A DNA stretch of 53,810 nucleotides, from the IMG/VR virus record IMGVR_UViG_3300043436_003945, positions 1 through 53,810 of that record; one strand, written 5' to 3'. Below are positions 1-8,296 of this stretch, in pieces. The translations under genes were made by a program, and so were the position numbers. Under the pieces are notes generated by a model. That model made no database searches, was not told where the DNA came from, and saw only the letters and a list, made by a program, of their open reading frames with translations. Within the stretch, counting starts at the first letter, position 1, and each line of letters begins with the position of its first letter. The stretch comes from a virus. Taxonomy: Duplodnaviria; Caudoviricetes.

Positions 1-347
1 ACGTTAGTACAGGAAGATAACACTCCAGTTATCGGTACGTTTGGGAGTGGCGCTCCCCCGACCCGAGCCCGCCAGCAGTTTGCCCTACACTGCATCGCCC
101 GTAAACGGGAACCTATTTAGATTGGGCGTTTGGACGATGGCGGTTTACGGCGAGCCGCTACACAGAGCGACAAATGGCACGCCGGAAAATGATTGCAGCG
201 ACCGAGGGCGTTCATTGTCTCACCTAACTTTTAGTTTGGATATAACTTCAGCGTCAAAGGGATGACGCGCTTGGGTAGTATGGTAAACGCGCTCGGTATG
301 CCGAGGTGACGGTGCTGCAAAATTGGTGTTGGAAAGAACGAAAAGGA

Positions 348-463
348 TGCCCCCTAGAGGAATCGAACCTCTGCCCCCAGCGTCTTTATCGAATCGGCTG
401 CTCAGGCCTACTCTATCCGTGAGCGGTGGAAAGACCGGGAATCTGCCACTGAATTAAGGCGGC
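348..463 (-). tRNA. tRNA-like gene with a 45-nt insertion in the anticodon arm (Glu-UUC or Gln-UUG if spliced); no encoded CCA
   Basis: Reverse strand folds as acceptor GCCGCCT/AGGGGGC+A, D arm ATTC-AGTGGCA-GATT, anticodon stem CCGGT/GCTGG, 4-nt variable loop and T arm AGAGG-TTCGATT-CCTCT; 116 nt = 71-nt tRNA body + 45 nt. Confidence 0.75.
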
Positions 464-579
464 GTGTACTTAAAGAACGTGTCGCTGTCGACGTGGGAGA
501 ATCTGTATAAAAACTTTTATGTTAGCGAGTAAAACCTTTTGAGTGCTGGTGTCGGTTGTTGGGTGCCAACGGGTTATCG

Positions 580-2472
580 TCAAAGAGAATCCATCGTGTC
601 CGTGCTGCCGATACGCTGAACGTAGTCGTCGTTTGATTCGCGGACGCCCGCAGCACCGGTTGCGCTGGGACTGCCGTCCATCGACAGGCGGCAGACGTGT
701 ACGAGAATCGAGAGTGCGTCCGCTCGGTCTGGAGACTTGTTGCCTCTGGATTTGTACTCCTTCTTGGATTCGACCTTGATCTTTTTTCCGGAGAGCAGGA
801 ACCGCCGTCCTGTAAGTTCTGCCACGAGAGGATCGAGCGGGATGCTCGGCGAAATCTTGACGAGGCCGAACTCGATGAACTTGCGCATCGCGAACCAAAG
901 TTCGGAGACGAGGTAGGAGTATTCGTCGCACGGGAGCTGCGTGTCCTCGTCGAGAATCTTCCGTTCCGTAGGGGCGTGCGAGCCGTTGATTCCCTTGGTG
1001 CCGGAGTTGAACGTGGAGACCAACAAGTCGTGGACGCCTGCACCGTTGCCCGTCCGGTCGACGCCGAGGTAGTTGCCCTTCAGATACGCGCCGTTGCAGA
1101 TGCGGACAATCTCGTCGACGAGTTTGAGCGTGTCGCCCTTGGGGAGCGGGAACATCTGCTCGACCTGAAGGACTTCTCGACGGATCGTTTCGCCTCGGGC
1201 GTCTTTGAACGGAACGAAGACGCCGTTCTTTTTCCAGCCGGTCGCGAGTCCGAACTTGCCGAGGACGAAGATCGCGTTGTCGCCGCCCTCGAGCGCGACG
1301 TCGACCGCGCCCACCGTCGTCGGGGGCTCGGAAAATTCGTACGTGCCGTAGAGATCGTGGGTGAGGTGCTGCGGAATGATTGCGAGGTCGATACCCGTCG
1401 GAGGGTACCACCCGCGCGCCATCGTGTAGTAGCCTGCTGTGCCGACGCCGCCCGCGTTTCGGATAAGGGCGTCGAGGCCTTCGCGGGTCTGCATGCCGAA
1501 GAAGATTTCTTTTCCGGTCTGCACGTTCTCGGACTTGTACGCGTCAAGACGAATGACCTTCCAGCCGCGCTTTGATTCCCATTCGTGCGAGTTCTCAATG
1601 TCGATTGACGCCCACCCGTCCACGGGTTCAGTCCTGATTGCGCAGGGGCCGTTCGGGTCCTTCGGATTGAAAGGTGCGACAACCTTGAGCTGTCCGCCGG
1701 CACGAGCGTTCGAAACCAAGTTCGTCAAGTCCTCGAAGAGACCGATGGGGATGTTCTCCGCTTCCTCGAGGATTACCCGAACTCTCGTCCCGGGGCCGAG
1801 CTGGGGGTGGACCTTTGGACGGGCGAGGATCTTGACACCCTGCAAGCGCCCGGCGGCCTTCTTGCCGGTAGGGGCCACGATACCGAAGATGCCGCTGTCC
1901 CGGGCCACCGAGTCGAGCGTGATACCTAGCTGCACCAGTTCGCCGGGCCCGGGGATCGAGGCGTTCTTGTGGAGCTTTGCTAAGTGGGAGAAAAGATTGC
2001 GCTCCAAGTGGCCCTCGCTTGGGCCGGCGATGAGGATGTTGGTGAAGTGCGGATCGCGCCGCCAGTCGAGATAGCACCAGACGCCGACGTTGTACGACTT
2101 GCCCATCGACGCGGCCCCGGGCACCATCACCAGCGTGTTCTCGAAGATGCCCTTCCAGAGCCTCGAGACGTTCTGGGGTTCGCCGGAGAAAAGGTTGGCC
2201 GGCCAGAGTAGCGTCGCGGCGTCAACGTAGCGTTGCGAGTCGAGGAGGAACTGGAGGAACGACTGGAGGATCGCGATGGCGGTTTCCTCCGACATCTTTG
2301 CCGGCCGGGCCTGCTCGAGAAAGTCTAGCGTGAGCAGTGCTGCCGTCTGGCGGTTGCCCGTGTGCAGCGGAAACGACACCTGCTTGACGAAGTCGGCGAT
2401 GGGTCCGCCGGTCACGAGGGTAGTCGGGCTTGGAATCGTTGACGCGATGGGTGTGGCGGCTAAGTTAGACAT
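580..2472 (-). CDS. terL: Terminase large subunit
   Basis: Walker A GAASMGKS, Walker B VILEEAE, RNase H-like nuclease motifs AVDVALEGGD, GVDRTGNG, SPDRADAL. Confidence 0.92.
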   Translation of the reverse strand: MSNLAATPIASTIPSPTTLVTGGPIADFVKQVSFPLHTGNRQTAALLTLDFLEQARPAKMSEETAIAILQSFLQFLLDSQRYVDAATLLWPANLFSGEPQNVSRLWKGIFENTLVMVPGAASMGKSYNVGVWCYLDWRRDPHFTNILIAGPSEGHLERNLFSHLAKLHKNASIPGPGELVQLGITLDSVARDSGIFGIVAPTGKKAAGRLQGVKILARPKVHPQLGPGTRVRVILEEAENIPIGLFEDLTNLVSNARAGGQLKVVAPFNPKDPNGPCAIRTEPVDGWASIDIENSHEWESKRGWKVIRLDAYKSENVQTGKEIFFGMQTREGLDALIRNAGGVGTAGYYTMARGWYPPTGIDLAIIPQHLTHDLYGTYEFSEPPTTVGAVDVALEGGDNAIFVLGKFGLATGWKKNGVFVPFKDARGETIRREVLQVEQMFPLPKGDTLKLVDEIVRICNGAYLKGNYLGVDRTGNGAGVHDLLVSTFNSGTKGINGSHAPTERKILDEDTQLPCDEYSYLVSELWFAMRKFIEFGLVKISPSIPLDPLVAELTGRRFLLSGKKIKVESKKEYKSRGNKSPDRADALSILVHVCRLSMDGSPSATGAAGVRESNDDYVQRIGSTDTMDSL

Positions 2473-2630
2473 GGGCTTTGAGTTTCATGAAAAATTTTAA
2501 AAAATTGCGCGAGTAGCCTAGCCGGACGTTCTCGCCGATTCCCCCCGTCGGGGGTCCCCTTTTTGTCCGGCCGGTTGACCGGCTCAGAGGGGAGACGTCC
2601 GTCCGACTGATCGAGGCATGGACCTATCGA

Positions 2631-2648
2631 CGGCAGGGTAGGGGAGGG
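2631..2648 (+). promoter_or_regulatory. Overlapping KOPS-like octamers (GGGNAGGG) oriented toward the dif-like site
   Basis: CGGCAGGG (1 mismatch, 2631-2638), GGGTAGGG (2636-2643), GGGGAGGG (2641-2648). Confidence 0.55.
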
Positions 2649-2707
2649 GAGCAGGCTGATGGACTTGTGGCCTTTGCGTCGTGCTGGCGTGATGGCGGAA
2701 AGTCCAC

Positions 2708-2735
2708 ATTAAACATAATAAACATTGTAGGCACT
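2708..2735 (-). other. dif: dif-like XerC/XerD recombination site
   Basis: AGTGCCTACAA-TGTTTA-TTATGTTTAAT vs E. coli dif GGTGCGCATAA-TGTATA-TTATGTTAAAT: 22/28 identical, XerD arm 10/11. Confidence 0.75.
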
Positions 2736-3427
2736 TATGTTTGGGCGTTGGAATTGAACCACGATTGAGAGAGGTCCATGTCTGCGGGGTCGGGCTGGAC
2801 GTCGGCTAAGGCTGGCGGGGGGCTAGGAGGCCTCGCCGTTCTGATTCTAAGGCAATTGGTACAGACCACGTCGCACTTGGCCACCTCAAGCTCCAGCTTC
2901 GGTAATTGCAGCCAGCGGTAGGCAGAATGGATGAGGTGTTTTCTCTCGCCCCGAACATGGTGGAAGTTCATGCAGACCGAATCGAATGTACCTCCGCAAT
3001 CAACACACGGTCGTGCTTTCTTGGCGGCCAGCCACGCAACGCGCTCAGAAATGATTGACGAGGTTTTGGTTTTAAAGGCTCGGCACTGGTTGCACTGCCG
3101 GGATCGGTAAGTTTTACCATGTACGCGAGTCAACACGAACCGCCCGACAGGTTGGGACCTATGGCAGCGGCTGCACTTCTGGCTGTCTGTTGTCAGGAGC
3201 TGTTCGATGTGCTCGCCTGACACAGGCTGCAAACGGCTGGGAATACGCGTGGAGTTCGGAGTATGCGTGCCTGAGTCGATTGAGATGTCGTTCAGCGATG
3301 CAGGGGGACACGTTGGAACGTGAGTTGATGATTGCGTGTCGAGGGATGCGGGCGAATCGGCAGGTTCGTGACAACCACTCGTCTCCATACCAGCACTCAA
3401 AGAATTTGCGGAGCTGTTCGAGTTCAT
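2735..3427 (-). CDS. HNH endonuclease-like protein with Zn-binding CxxC pairs (true start may be internal)
   Basis: CSRC, CNQC, CVDC...MNFHHV...KCDVVCTNC; located between terS and terL. Confidence 0.7.
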   Translation of the reverse strand: MNSNSSANSLSAGMETSGCHEPADSPASLDTQSSTHVPTCPPASLNDISIDSGTHTPNSTRIPSRLQPVSGEHIEQLLTTDSQKCSRCHRSQPVGRFVLTRVHGKTYRSRQCNQCRAFKTKTSSIISERVAWLAAKKARPCVDCGGTFDSVCMNFHHVRGERKHLIHSAYRWLQLPKLELEVAKCDVVCTNCLRIRTARPPSPPPALADVQPDPADMDLSQSWFNSNAQT

Positions 3428-3432
3428 CGAAT

Positions 3433-4023
3433 TTACTCTGTTGCGAGCGTCTCATCTTTCACGGCCTTGAGAATTTGTTTGGTGGCATCGACCGCGTCGA
3501 CGTTAAATCGGTTGCCTAGTGCTTTGTATACGGCCAACGAAACCGCAGCAACTCCAGCCTCTGCGGTCGAGGTGTCGGCGTCCTGCGCCAGCTTATCACC
3601 CAGCGCACGGTACTTGATGTCGCCGAGGATCTGGGTGCCTTTAGCCAGATCGACGATATTCTTGACGCTGAACGAGGTCTCGCCCTGACCGTCCACCACA
3701 GTGCAGAATGCGCGCGCAAACTTCTCGTCGCTGTCGAGATCCTTGATGAGGTTGTTGAACACACGCTCGAGCCGCATCGCATTCGCGTACGTGGACACGC
3801 GGTTCATCACTCTCTCCGTCTCGATACCTTCGTCGGTATCCAACCGGCCACGACCGCCGGCCTTCGCCTTCCAATTGTAATCGTGCGCCAACTCCTCGAT
3901 CTGCTTGACGGGCGTACGAGTCACGACAGCGACGCGCTCGACGTTGCCACCGAACATCGTGTAAAGAGTAAACAGTTGGACTTGGTCTGGGTCGCGGACC
4001 CAGTCATCTTTCGTTACGGTCAT
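3433..4023 (-). CDS. Probable terminase small subunit
   Basis: N-terminal HTH-like segment (GGNVERVAVVTRTPVKQIEELAHDYNW), helical protein upstream of terL, preceded by the GATACT motif. Confidence 0.5.
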   Translation of the reverse strand: MTVTKDDWVRDPDQVQLFTLYTMFGGNVERVAVVTRTPVKQIEELAHDYNWKAKAGGRGRLDTDEGIETERVMNRVSTYANAMRLERVFNNLIKDLDSDEKFARAFCTVVDGQGETSFSVKNIVDLAKGTQILGDIKYRALGDKLAQDADTSTAEAGVAAVSLAVYKALGNRFNVDAVDATKQILKAVKDETLATE

Positions 4024-4029
4024 CTAATG

Positions 4030-4035
4030 AGTATC
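4030..4035 (-). promoter_or_regulatory. Late-gene GATACT motif
   Basis: GATACT-6 nt-ATG(4023); recurs before four other minus-strand genes. Confidence 0.6.
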
Positions 4036-4129
4036 GGTTAAACATTGAGCACGGAAGGGTCTAAACGAACAGACGGCACGACGGCCCACCGTTAAGGAAA
4101 AGGGCCTTGGCCGACCCTCTACCTCTCCG

Positions 4130-4314
4130 ACTCTACAAAGACCCTTTCTCACCGGACGAAAAAAACGGTCAGTTGAACCGGCGAGCTAAAACCAATTTCA
4201 AACTCTACAAACACCCTATCTCAAATAATATCTTTGTAGAGTTCTAACCATAGTTTGGCCAAGGTACCCCCGGACCCTGTTTTTTTGCCGGGACAGATTG
4301 TGTCTTTGTAGAGT
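4130..4314. repeat. Dyad-symmetric array of four 12-bp ACTCTACAAA(G/C)A boxes (candidate origin or regulatory centre)
   Basis: Direct copies at 4130 and 4202, inverted copies at 4231 and 4303; 72-bp spacing in each pair; common axis at 4222. Confidence 0.85.
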
Positions 4315-4376
4315 AAATCGTCGAAATCCGCTTAAAAACCCTCGCATAGGCGTACAAACACCACTATCCAGATACT

Positions 4377-5162
4377 ATGTCTCAGATACAAACACCCGGA
4401 TACAGATTCATCGCACTCAACGTCGGTAAGGGGGCCCGGGGCCGAGGTGGCTCGAAGGTCAGCCCTCATCGTCTATTCGTCGTCGATTCCGACGCTCAGC
4501 TTCCTAATCGGGTCTGGCTCGCGATGGCCCGGCACAGTCAGGTGTTCGTTCCGGAGGCCGACGGCAGTGTCGTTTACGCGCACGAGCTGGTGCTCGGCCG
4601 CAAGCCGACCGACCGCGAGCGCATCCTGTACAACAACACGGACCCACTCGACCTTCGAAAAGCGAACCTTTCGTACGTCAACAAGTACGACCCAACGATC
4701 CCGCAGGCCGTCTTCAATCCCTGCCCCGGCTTTGTAACGAGCCGGCTCGCTGGCTACGAAGAGGCCCTCAGCGAAGCCTACCAGAACTACGAGGCTCTGA
4801 GAAAAGTTCAACGGCAGGAGCACGGTTGGGCCATCGGCAAGAGCATGGGGTCGATGAGCAAGCACGAGGTGCTCTCGCTGCTGAAGTTCTATTCGCAGAA
4901 CTGGACCGACGAGGAGATTGAGTACCACACCGACAAGCGCCTCGGCACAAGCATGGACGACTGCGCGTGCTTTATCCGCGAGGACCTGCAGCACCCGAAG
5001 GTCCCGACCGAAGCGCATATTCGCAACATCCTCAAGGGCAAGTCTCTTCGACTGCAGGGTCAGGACGCCCTGTACGCAAAGATCGCGAAGCTGCTGCCCA
5101 CATACAAGAGCCTGCTCGTTCCGCTTCCGAAGACCCCGATGTTTCAGTCGATTAAACCTTAA
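4377..5162 (+). CDS. Protein with a degenerate HNH-like N-terminal domain; putative DNA-binding protein
   Basis: YAHELVLG...RILYNNTDPLDLRKANL resembles HRLIMG...VDHINGDxLDNRKxNL but lacks the catalytic His/Asn. Confidence 0.55.
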   Translation: MSQIQTPGYRFIALNVGKGARGRGGSKVSPHRLFVVDSDAQLPNRVWLAMARHSQVFVPEADGSVVYAHELVLGRKPTDRERILYNNTDPLDLRKANLSYVNKYDPTIPQAVFNPCPGFVTSRLAGYEEALSEAYQNYEALRKVQRQEHGWAIGKSMGSMSKHEVLSLLKFYSQNWTDEEIEYHTDKRLGTSMDDCACFIREDLQHPKVPTEAHIRNILKGKSLRLQGQDALYAKIAKLLPTYKSLLVPLPKTPMFQSIKP

Positions 5163-5167
5163 CAAAT

Positions 5168-5527
5168 ATGAACAAAGAACGACAAAGAATAGCCATCGCG
5201 GAAGCGTGCGGATGGAAGAACGCTGACCATCCCGACGCAATGAAGCTCAAGCAGGGTTGGACCATGCCAGAAAAGTGGTGCATGGACCCAAAGGGCGTTT
5301 TGCGCTTTAACCATCACAGGCCCGACTACTTAAACGACTTGAACGCCATGGCCGAGGCGGAGAAGGTGTTGCGGGACGACAGAGAAGCTGCCTTTCGTGG
5401 ATGGTTATGGCTTGCGCACGGACAACCGGAATTGCGGTGCGCTATCGTCCACGCCACCGCCGCCCAACGTGCCGAGGCTTTTCTTCGCACGATTGGCAAA
5501 TGGGAGGACGAAAAACAAAGCCGATGA
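5168..5527 (+). CDS. Conserved phage protein (phage ABA-sandwich-like)
   Basis: RIAIAEACGW...PDYLNDLNAMAEAE...ATAAQRAEAFL pattern. Confidence 0.6.
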   Translation: MNKERQRIAIAEACGWKNADHPDAMKLKQGWTMPEKWCMDPKGVLRFNHHRPDYLNDLNAMAEAEKVLRDDREAAFRGWLWLAHGQPELRCAIVHATAAQRAEAFLRTIGKWEDEKQSR

Positions 5528-5814
5528 AACCAACCTACGACAAACAGTACTTCATCGACAAGTTCGCCGCGATCCCCGAGGACCGCTGGATCACCTCATT
5601 CTATGCCGACCCCGACGACGACAGCCGCTGCTGCGCCTTCGGGCACTGCGGCGTGCGATTCCTGATGTCGGGGCCCAACGACGGCGAAGAAGCCGCCGCC
5701 CTCGCCAGTCTGCTTCAGCACCGCACCGCAAGCATCAACGACGGCCAGCACGAAAGCTACCAACAGCCGACCCCGAAGCAGCGCATTCTCGCAGCACTCA
5801 ACGACCTCCCGTAA
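5524..5814 (+). CDS. Hypothetical early protein (96 aa)
   Basis: ATGA overlap with upstream gene; YFIDKFAAIPEDRW, CAFGHCG. Confidence 0.7.
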   Translation: MKPTYDKQYFIDKFAAIPEDRWITSFYADPDDDSRCCAFGHCGVRFLMSGPNDGEEAAALASLLQHRTASINDGQHESYQQPTPKQRILAALNDLP

Positions 5815-5829
5815 AACCACGAAGCGCCA

Positions 5830-6027
5830 ATGAGCCAACTCAACTACACGTTCAAACACGGCGTGGCGAACGACAGGATTCTCATCGAGCTGCACTCGAA
5901 GTTTGGTGAATATGAAACTATCCTCAGCCGCACCGTCATCGACACGCAGGACAAAATCATTCGCAAGGGCTTGGTGAAGCTCGGCTGGACGCCGCCCTCA
6001 ACGACCTCCCGTAGGCACGGAAAATAG
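5830..6027 (+). CDS. Hypothetical protein
   Basis: ORF in the densely packed + strand cluster. Confidence 0.6.
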   Translation: MSQLNYTFKHGVANDRILIELHSKFGEYETILSRTVIDTQDKIIRKGLVKLGWTPPSTTSRRHGK

Positions 6028-6040
6028 TTCAAAATAATTC

Positions 6041-6075
6041 TCGACACGCGCGGGCCGCAGGTCCACAACAGGGGT
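6041..6075 (+). promoter_or_regulatory. Early promoter (leaderless type)
   Basis: A-tract + TCGACA beginning exactly 35 bp before ATG 6076. Confidence 0.6.
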
Positions 6076-6297
6076 ATGGAAATTTCCACCTCCGACGCGC
6101 GCCTCACTACTCTCCGCAACCTCGCCACCGCCGCCGAGCGAGCCGGGCTTACTGAAGCCTCTGCGGTTGCCTTTCGTCTTTTTTGGATGGGTGACACCGG
6201 CCGCGCCACGGTCGAACAAATCAGCAACACAACGGCCAACCTTCGGGACATCCTCGCTTACCGCCTCGGCCGCGACGTAGCCAACGCCATCCGTTGA
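6076..6297 (+). CDS. Hypothetical early protein
   Basis: ORF directly after the promoter motif. Confidence 0.7.
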   Translation: MEISTSDARLTTLRNLATAAERAGLTEASAVAFRLFWMGDTGRATVEQISNTTANLRDILAYRLGRDVANAIR

Positions 6298-6323
6298 GCG
6301 GCAAAAACAGTTGAAGATTTATC

Positions 6324-6358
6324 TCGACCTCGACAAAACTTCGGCCCAACTTCAGCGC
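6324..6358 (+). promoter_or_regulatory. Early promoter (leaderless type)
   Basis: TCGACC exactly 35 bp before ATG 6359. Confidence 0.55.
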
Positions 6359-6664
6359 ATGAACTCGACCAACAAAACTAAAGACGAACAGATCTCCGCG
6401 CTTTGCGCCCAGTGCGACTCGGCCAGCAGCGCAGCCTCCTCCTCTCTCGAACAGATCGCCGCCGCGACCAGCGCCCGCAAGCGTGCCTCTTGGAAACGCG
6501 AGCACGCTGTGCGCTTGCTGAAGCTCGAAAACGCTTCGCTGACCCTTGCGCTGGCTCTTTGCATGCAGCCCCATGCCGCCGACGAGCTGACGCCCTCGAT
6601 GCGCCAGCACGCCGAACACATCCACACCTACGCCATCCGCAGCCTCAAAAACTTCCGCGCATGA
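6359..6664 (+). CDS. Hypothetical early protein (start re-called to 6359)
   Basis: In-frame ATG fits the promoter spacing; ATGA overlap with next gene. Confidence 0.65.
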   Translation: MNSTNKTKDEQISALCAQCDSASSAASSSLEQIAAATSARKRASWKREHAVRLLKLENASLTLALALCMQPHAADELTPSMRQHAEHIHTYAIRSLKNFRA

Positions 6665-6966
6665 ACGCAGAACTCCAACCGCACCGCGTCGTGAGCAAAA
6701 CGCAAAACCTCATCTCGGCCATCCTTCCCGATGCGCTCAAGAAGGGTTGCACCTACGTCCCGAGCTACAACAGCGACGGATCGTTTCAAGCGGCGGTTCT
6801 GGCTCGCTTTTCAAAAGGCAAGCGGCCCCGCCTGCTCGCCGGGGTGAGAATTGAACCAACCGGCTGGGCGACGGATTTGACCGTCGATCTTTCGGTATCT
6901 CGCTCCTTCCGCGCCGACGAACGGACGGTTCGAGGGCTCTTGGGAATAACGCAATCTATCGCATGA
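6661..6966 (+). CDS. Hypothetical protein
   Basis: ATGA overlaps on both sides. Confidence 0.65.
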   Translation: MNAELQPHRVVSKTQNLISAILPDALKKGCTYVPSYNSDGSFQAAVLARFSKGKRPRLLAGVRIEPTGWATDLTVDLSVSRSFRADERTVRGLLGITQSIA

Positions 6967-7163
6967 CCGCCTCCGACCTCGAATCCAACATGAACAACCG
7001 CACAAAACAAATCCTCAAAACCGCTGCCTCGGTGGTCGTATCGACCGCATTCCTCGTCTACTCGTTCTCGGGCCTGCCGGGCTTTGAAATTGCGTTCTTC
7101 GCATTTATGGGCTTCTTCGCCACCCACACGTTCGGGTCGGTGTGCGGTCTGTTCGACCTCTAA
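6963..7163 (+). CDS. Small membrane protein
   Basis: Two hydrophobic segments (AASVVVSTAFLVYSF; IAFFAFMGFFAT). Confidence 0.6.
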   Translation: MTASDLESNMNNRTKQILKTAASVVVSTAFLVYSFSGLPGFEIAFFAFMGFFATHTFGSVCGLFDL

Positions 7164-7179
7164 TTTCAAAACTAATCCT

Positions 7180-7344
7180 ATGCTTGCCCTACTAAAACGT
7201 CTGCTCAAAACCACGGCGAAGCCGGCCGTCAAACCGGCGCACAGTCTCGCGCACGCCGAGTATCTCCGGCTCTACAACCTCGCATACTCTGAACCCTCAA
7301 GATTCCCTCGCTCCGCGCTGCTGGTCCGCTATTCTATACGATAA
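7180..7344 (+). CDS. Small basic hypothetical protein
   Basis: MLALLKRLLK...; TAATG coupling with next ORF. Confidence 0.55.
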   Translation: MLALLKRLLKTTAKPAVKPAHSLAHAEYLRLYNLAYSEPSRFPRSALLVRYSIR

Positions 7345-7508
7345 TGCACATCGACGACTTTACTTCTTCCCGCGCCCGCACCCCGACAGAGGTGCAGGCC
7401 GGTATGATTGCAGACCTCGAAGCGCGGCTCGCGCTTGCCGACGAAAGGCACTTCTTTTTGATGGCCGAGAACGCACGGTTACGAGCTGAATTGGAGGTCC
7501 ACAAATGA
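7344..7508 (+). CDS. Small coiled-coil protein (54 aa, not in ORF track)
   Basis: MHIDDFTSSRARTPTEVQAGMIADLEARLALAD...; coupled to both neighbours by TAATG and ATGA. Confidence 0.6.
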   Translation: MHIDDFTSSRARTPTEVQAGMIADLEARLALADERHFFLMAENARLRAELEVHK

Positions 7509-8275
7509 ACCCACCCGACCAACCCACCGCCACGCCGCGCACGCAATCGCAGTTGCTACCGATCAATAGCCACACGCTACCCGGCGACGTAGTTTATGCC
7601 GACTTCGCCCGCACCCTTGAACGCGAACTCACCGAAACCGAACGCCTGCGATTTGGTGCAGATGCGGACCGCCGCCGCCTCAGCGCCGAGGTGGAGCGGT
7701 GGAAAACCGTTGCCGCCGAGATGTCACAGCAACGAGAGCACAACGCCAACGAAGCGAGCCGCCTCCGCGCCGAGTTTGCCACGCTGACGATGCAGGCCTG
7801 CGCCGCCGCCGACAGGAATGTGAGCTTCCGCTTGGAGGTTGCCACCCTCCGCGCCGAGGTGGAGCGGCTGAACAAGGAGAACGATTCAGCACACGCGGCA
7901 CTCAGGGACAGCGTTGGGCATTTGGTTTATGCGGTTGAAGTCGCCCGCGCCGAGAAAGCTGAGGCCGACAACGCCAAGTGGCAAAGGCTGCTCCTCATGT
8001 CCCGCGACGACCGCGAGATTGATCTTATCAGCGAGGTTGAGGAGCAAGCCCGTCTGCTTGGCATGTCAGGAGAACGAGAAGCCGACCTGTTAGGAAAACT
8101 TGAACGCGCTAAGGTGACAGAGAGGCTTTGGAAAGAATTTATTACCGTACTTGAAATCGTTGAAGAAAGCGATTCCGGTTACAAATTTAACCCCAACAAA
8201 ATTAGCAGTTGTCGGGCACTGGATGGCCGCAAACTTAATGAGATTCTTGTACAAGCTCGGGAAATAGTTTTTTAA
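7505..8275 (+). CDS. Coiled-coil phage protein with internal repeats
   Basis: Repeated L(S/R)AEVER heptads. Confidence 0.7.
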   Translation: MNPPDQPTATPRTQSQLLPINSHTLPGDVVYADFARTLERELTETERLRFGADADRRRLSAEVERWKTVAAEMSQQREHNANEASRLRAEFATLTMQACAAADRNVSFRLEVATLRAEVERLNKENDSAHAALRDSVGHLVYAVEVARAEKAEADNAKWQRLLLMSRDDREIDLISEVEEQARLLGMSGEREADLLGKLERAKVTERLWKEFITVLEIVEESDSGYKFNPNKISSCRALDGRKLNEILVQAREIVF

Positions 8276-8296
8276 CCCCTAAAACACATAGAACCC

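Noticed and set aside
384-428. Group I intron in the tRNA
   Set aside because: 45 nt is far too short for a catalytic core
470-2211. Long alternative-frame and antisense ORFs overlapping terL (470-1411, 697-1575, 1439-2074 and others)
   Set aside because: Shadow ORFs of a GC-rich coding region; Arg-rich or motif-free, whereas terL has all expected motifs
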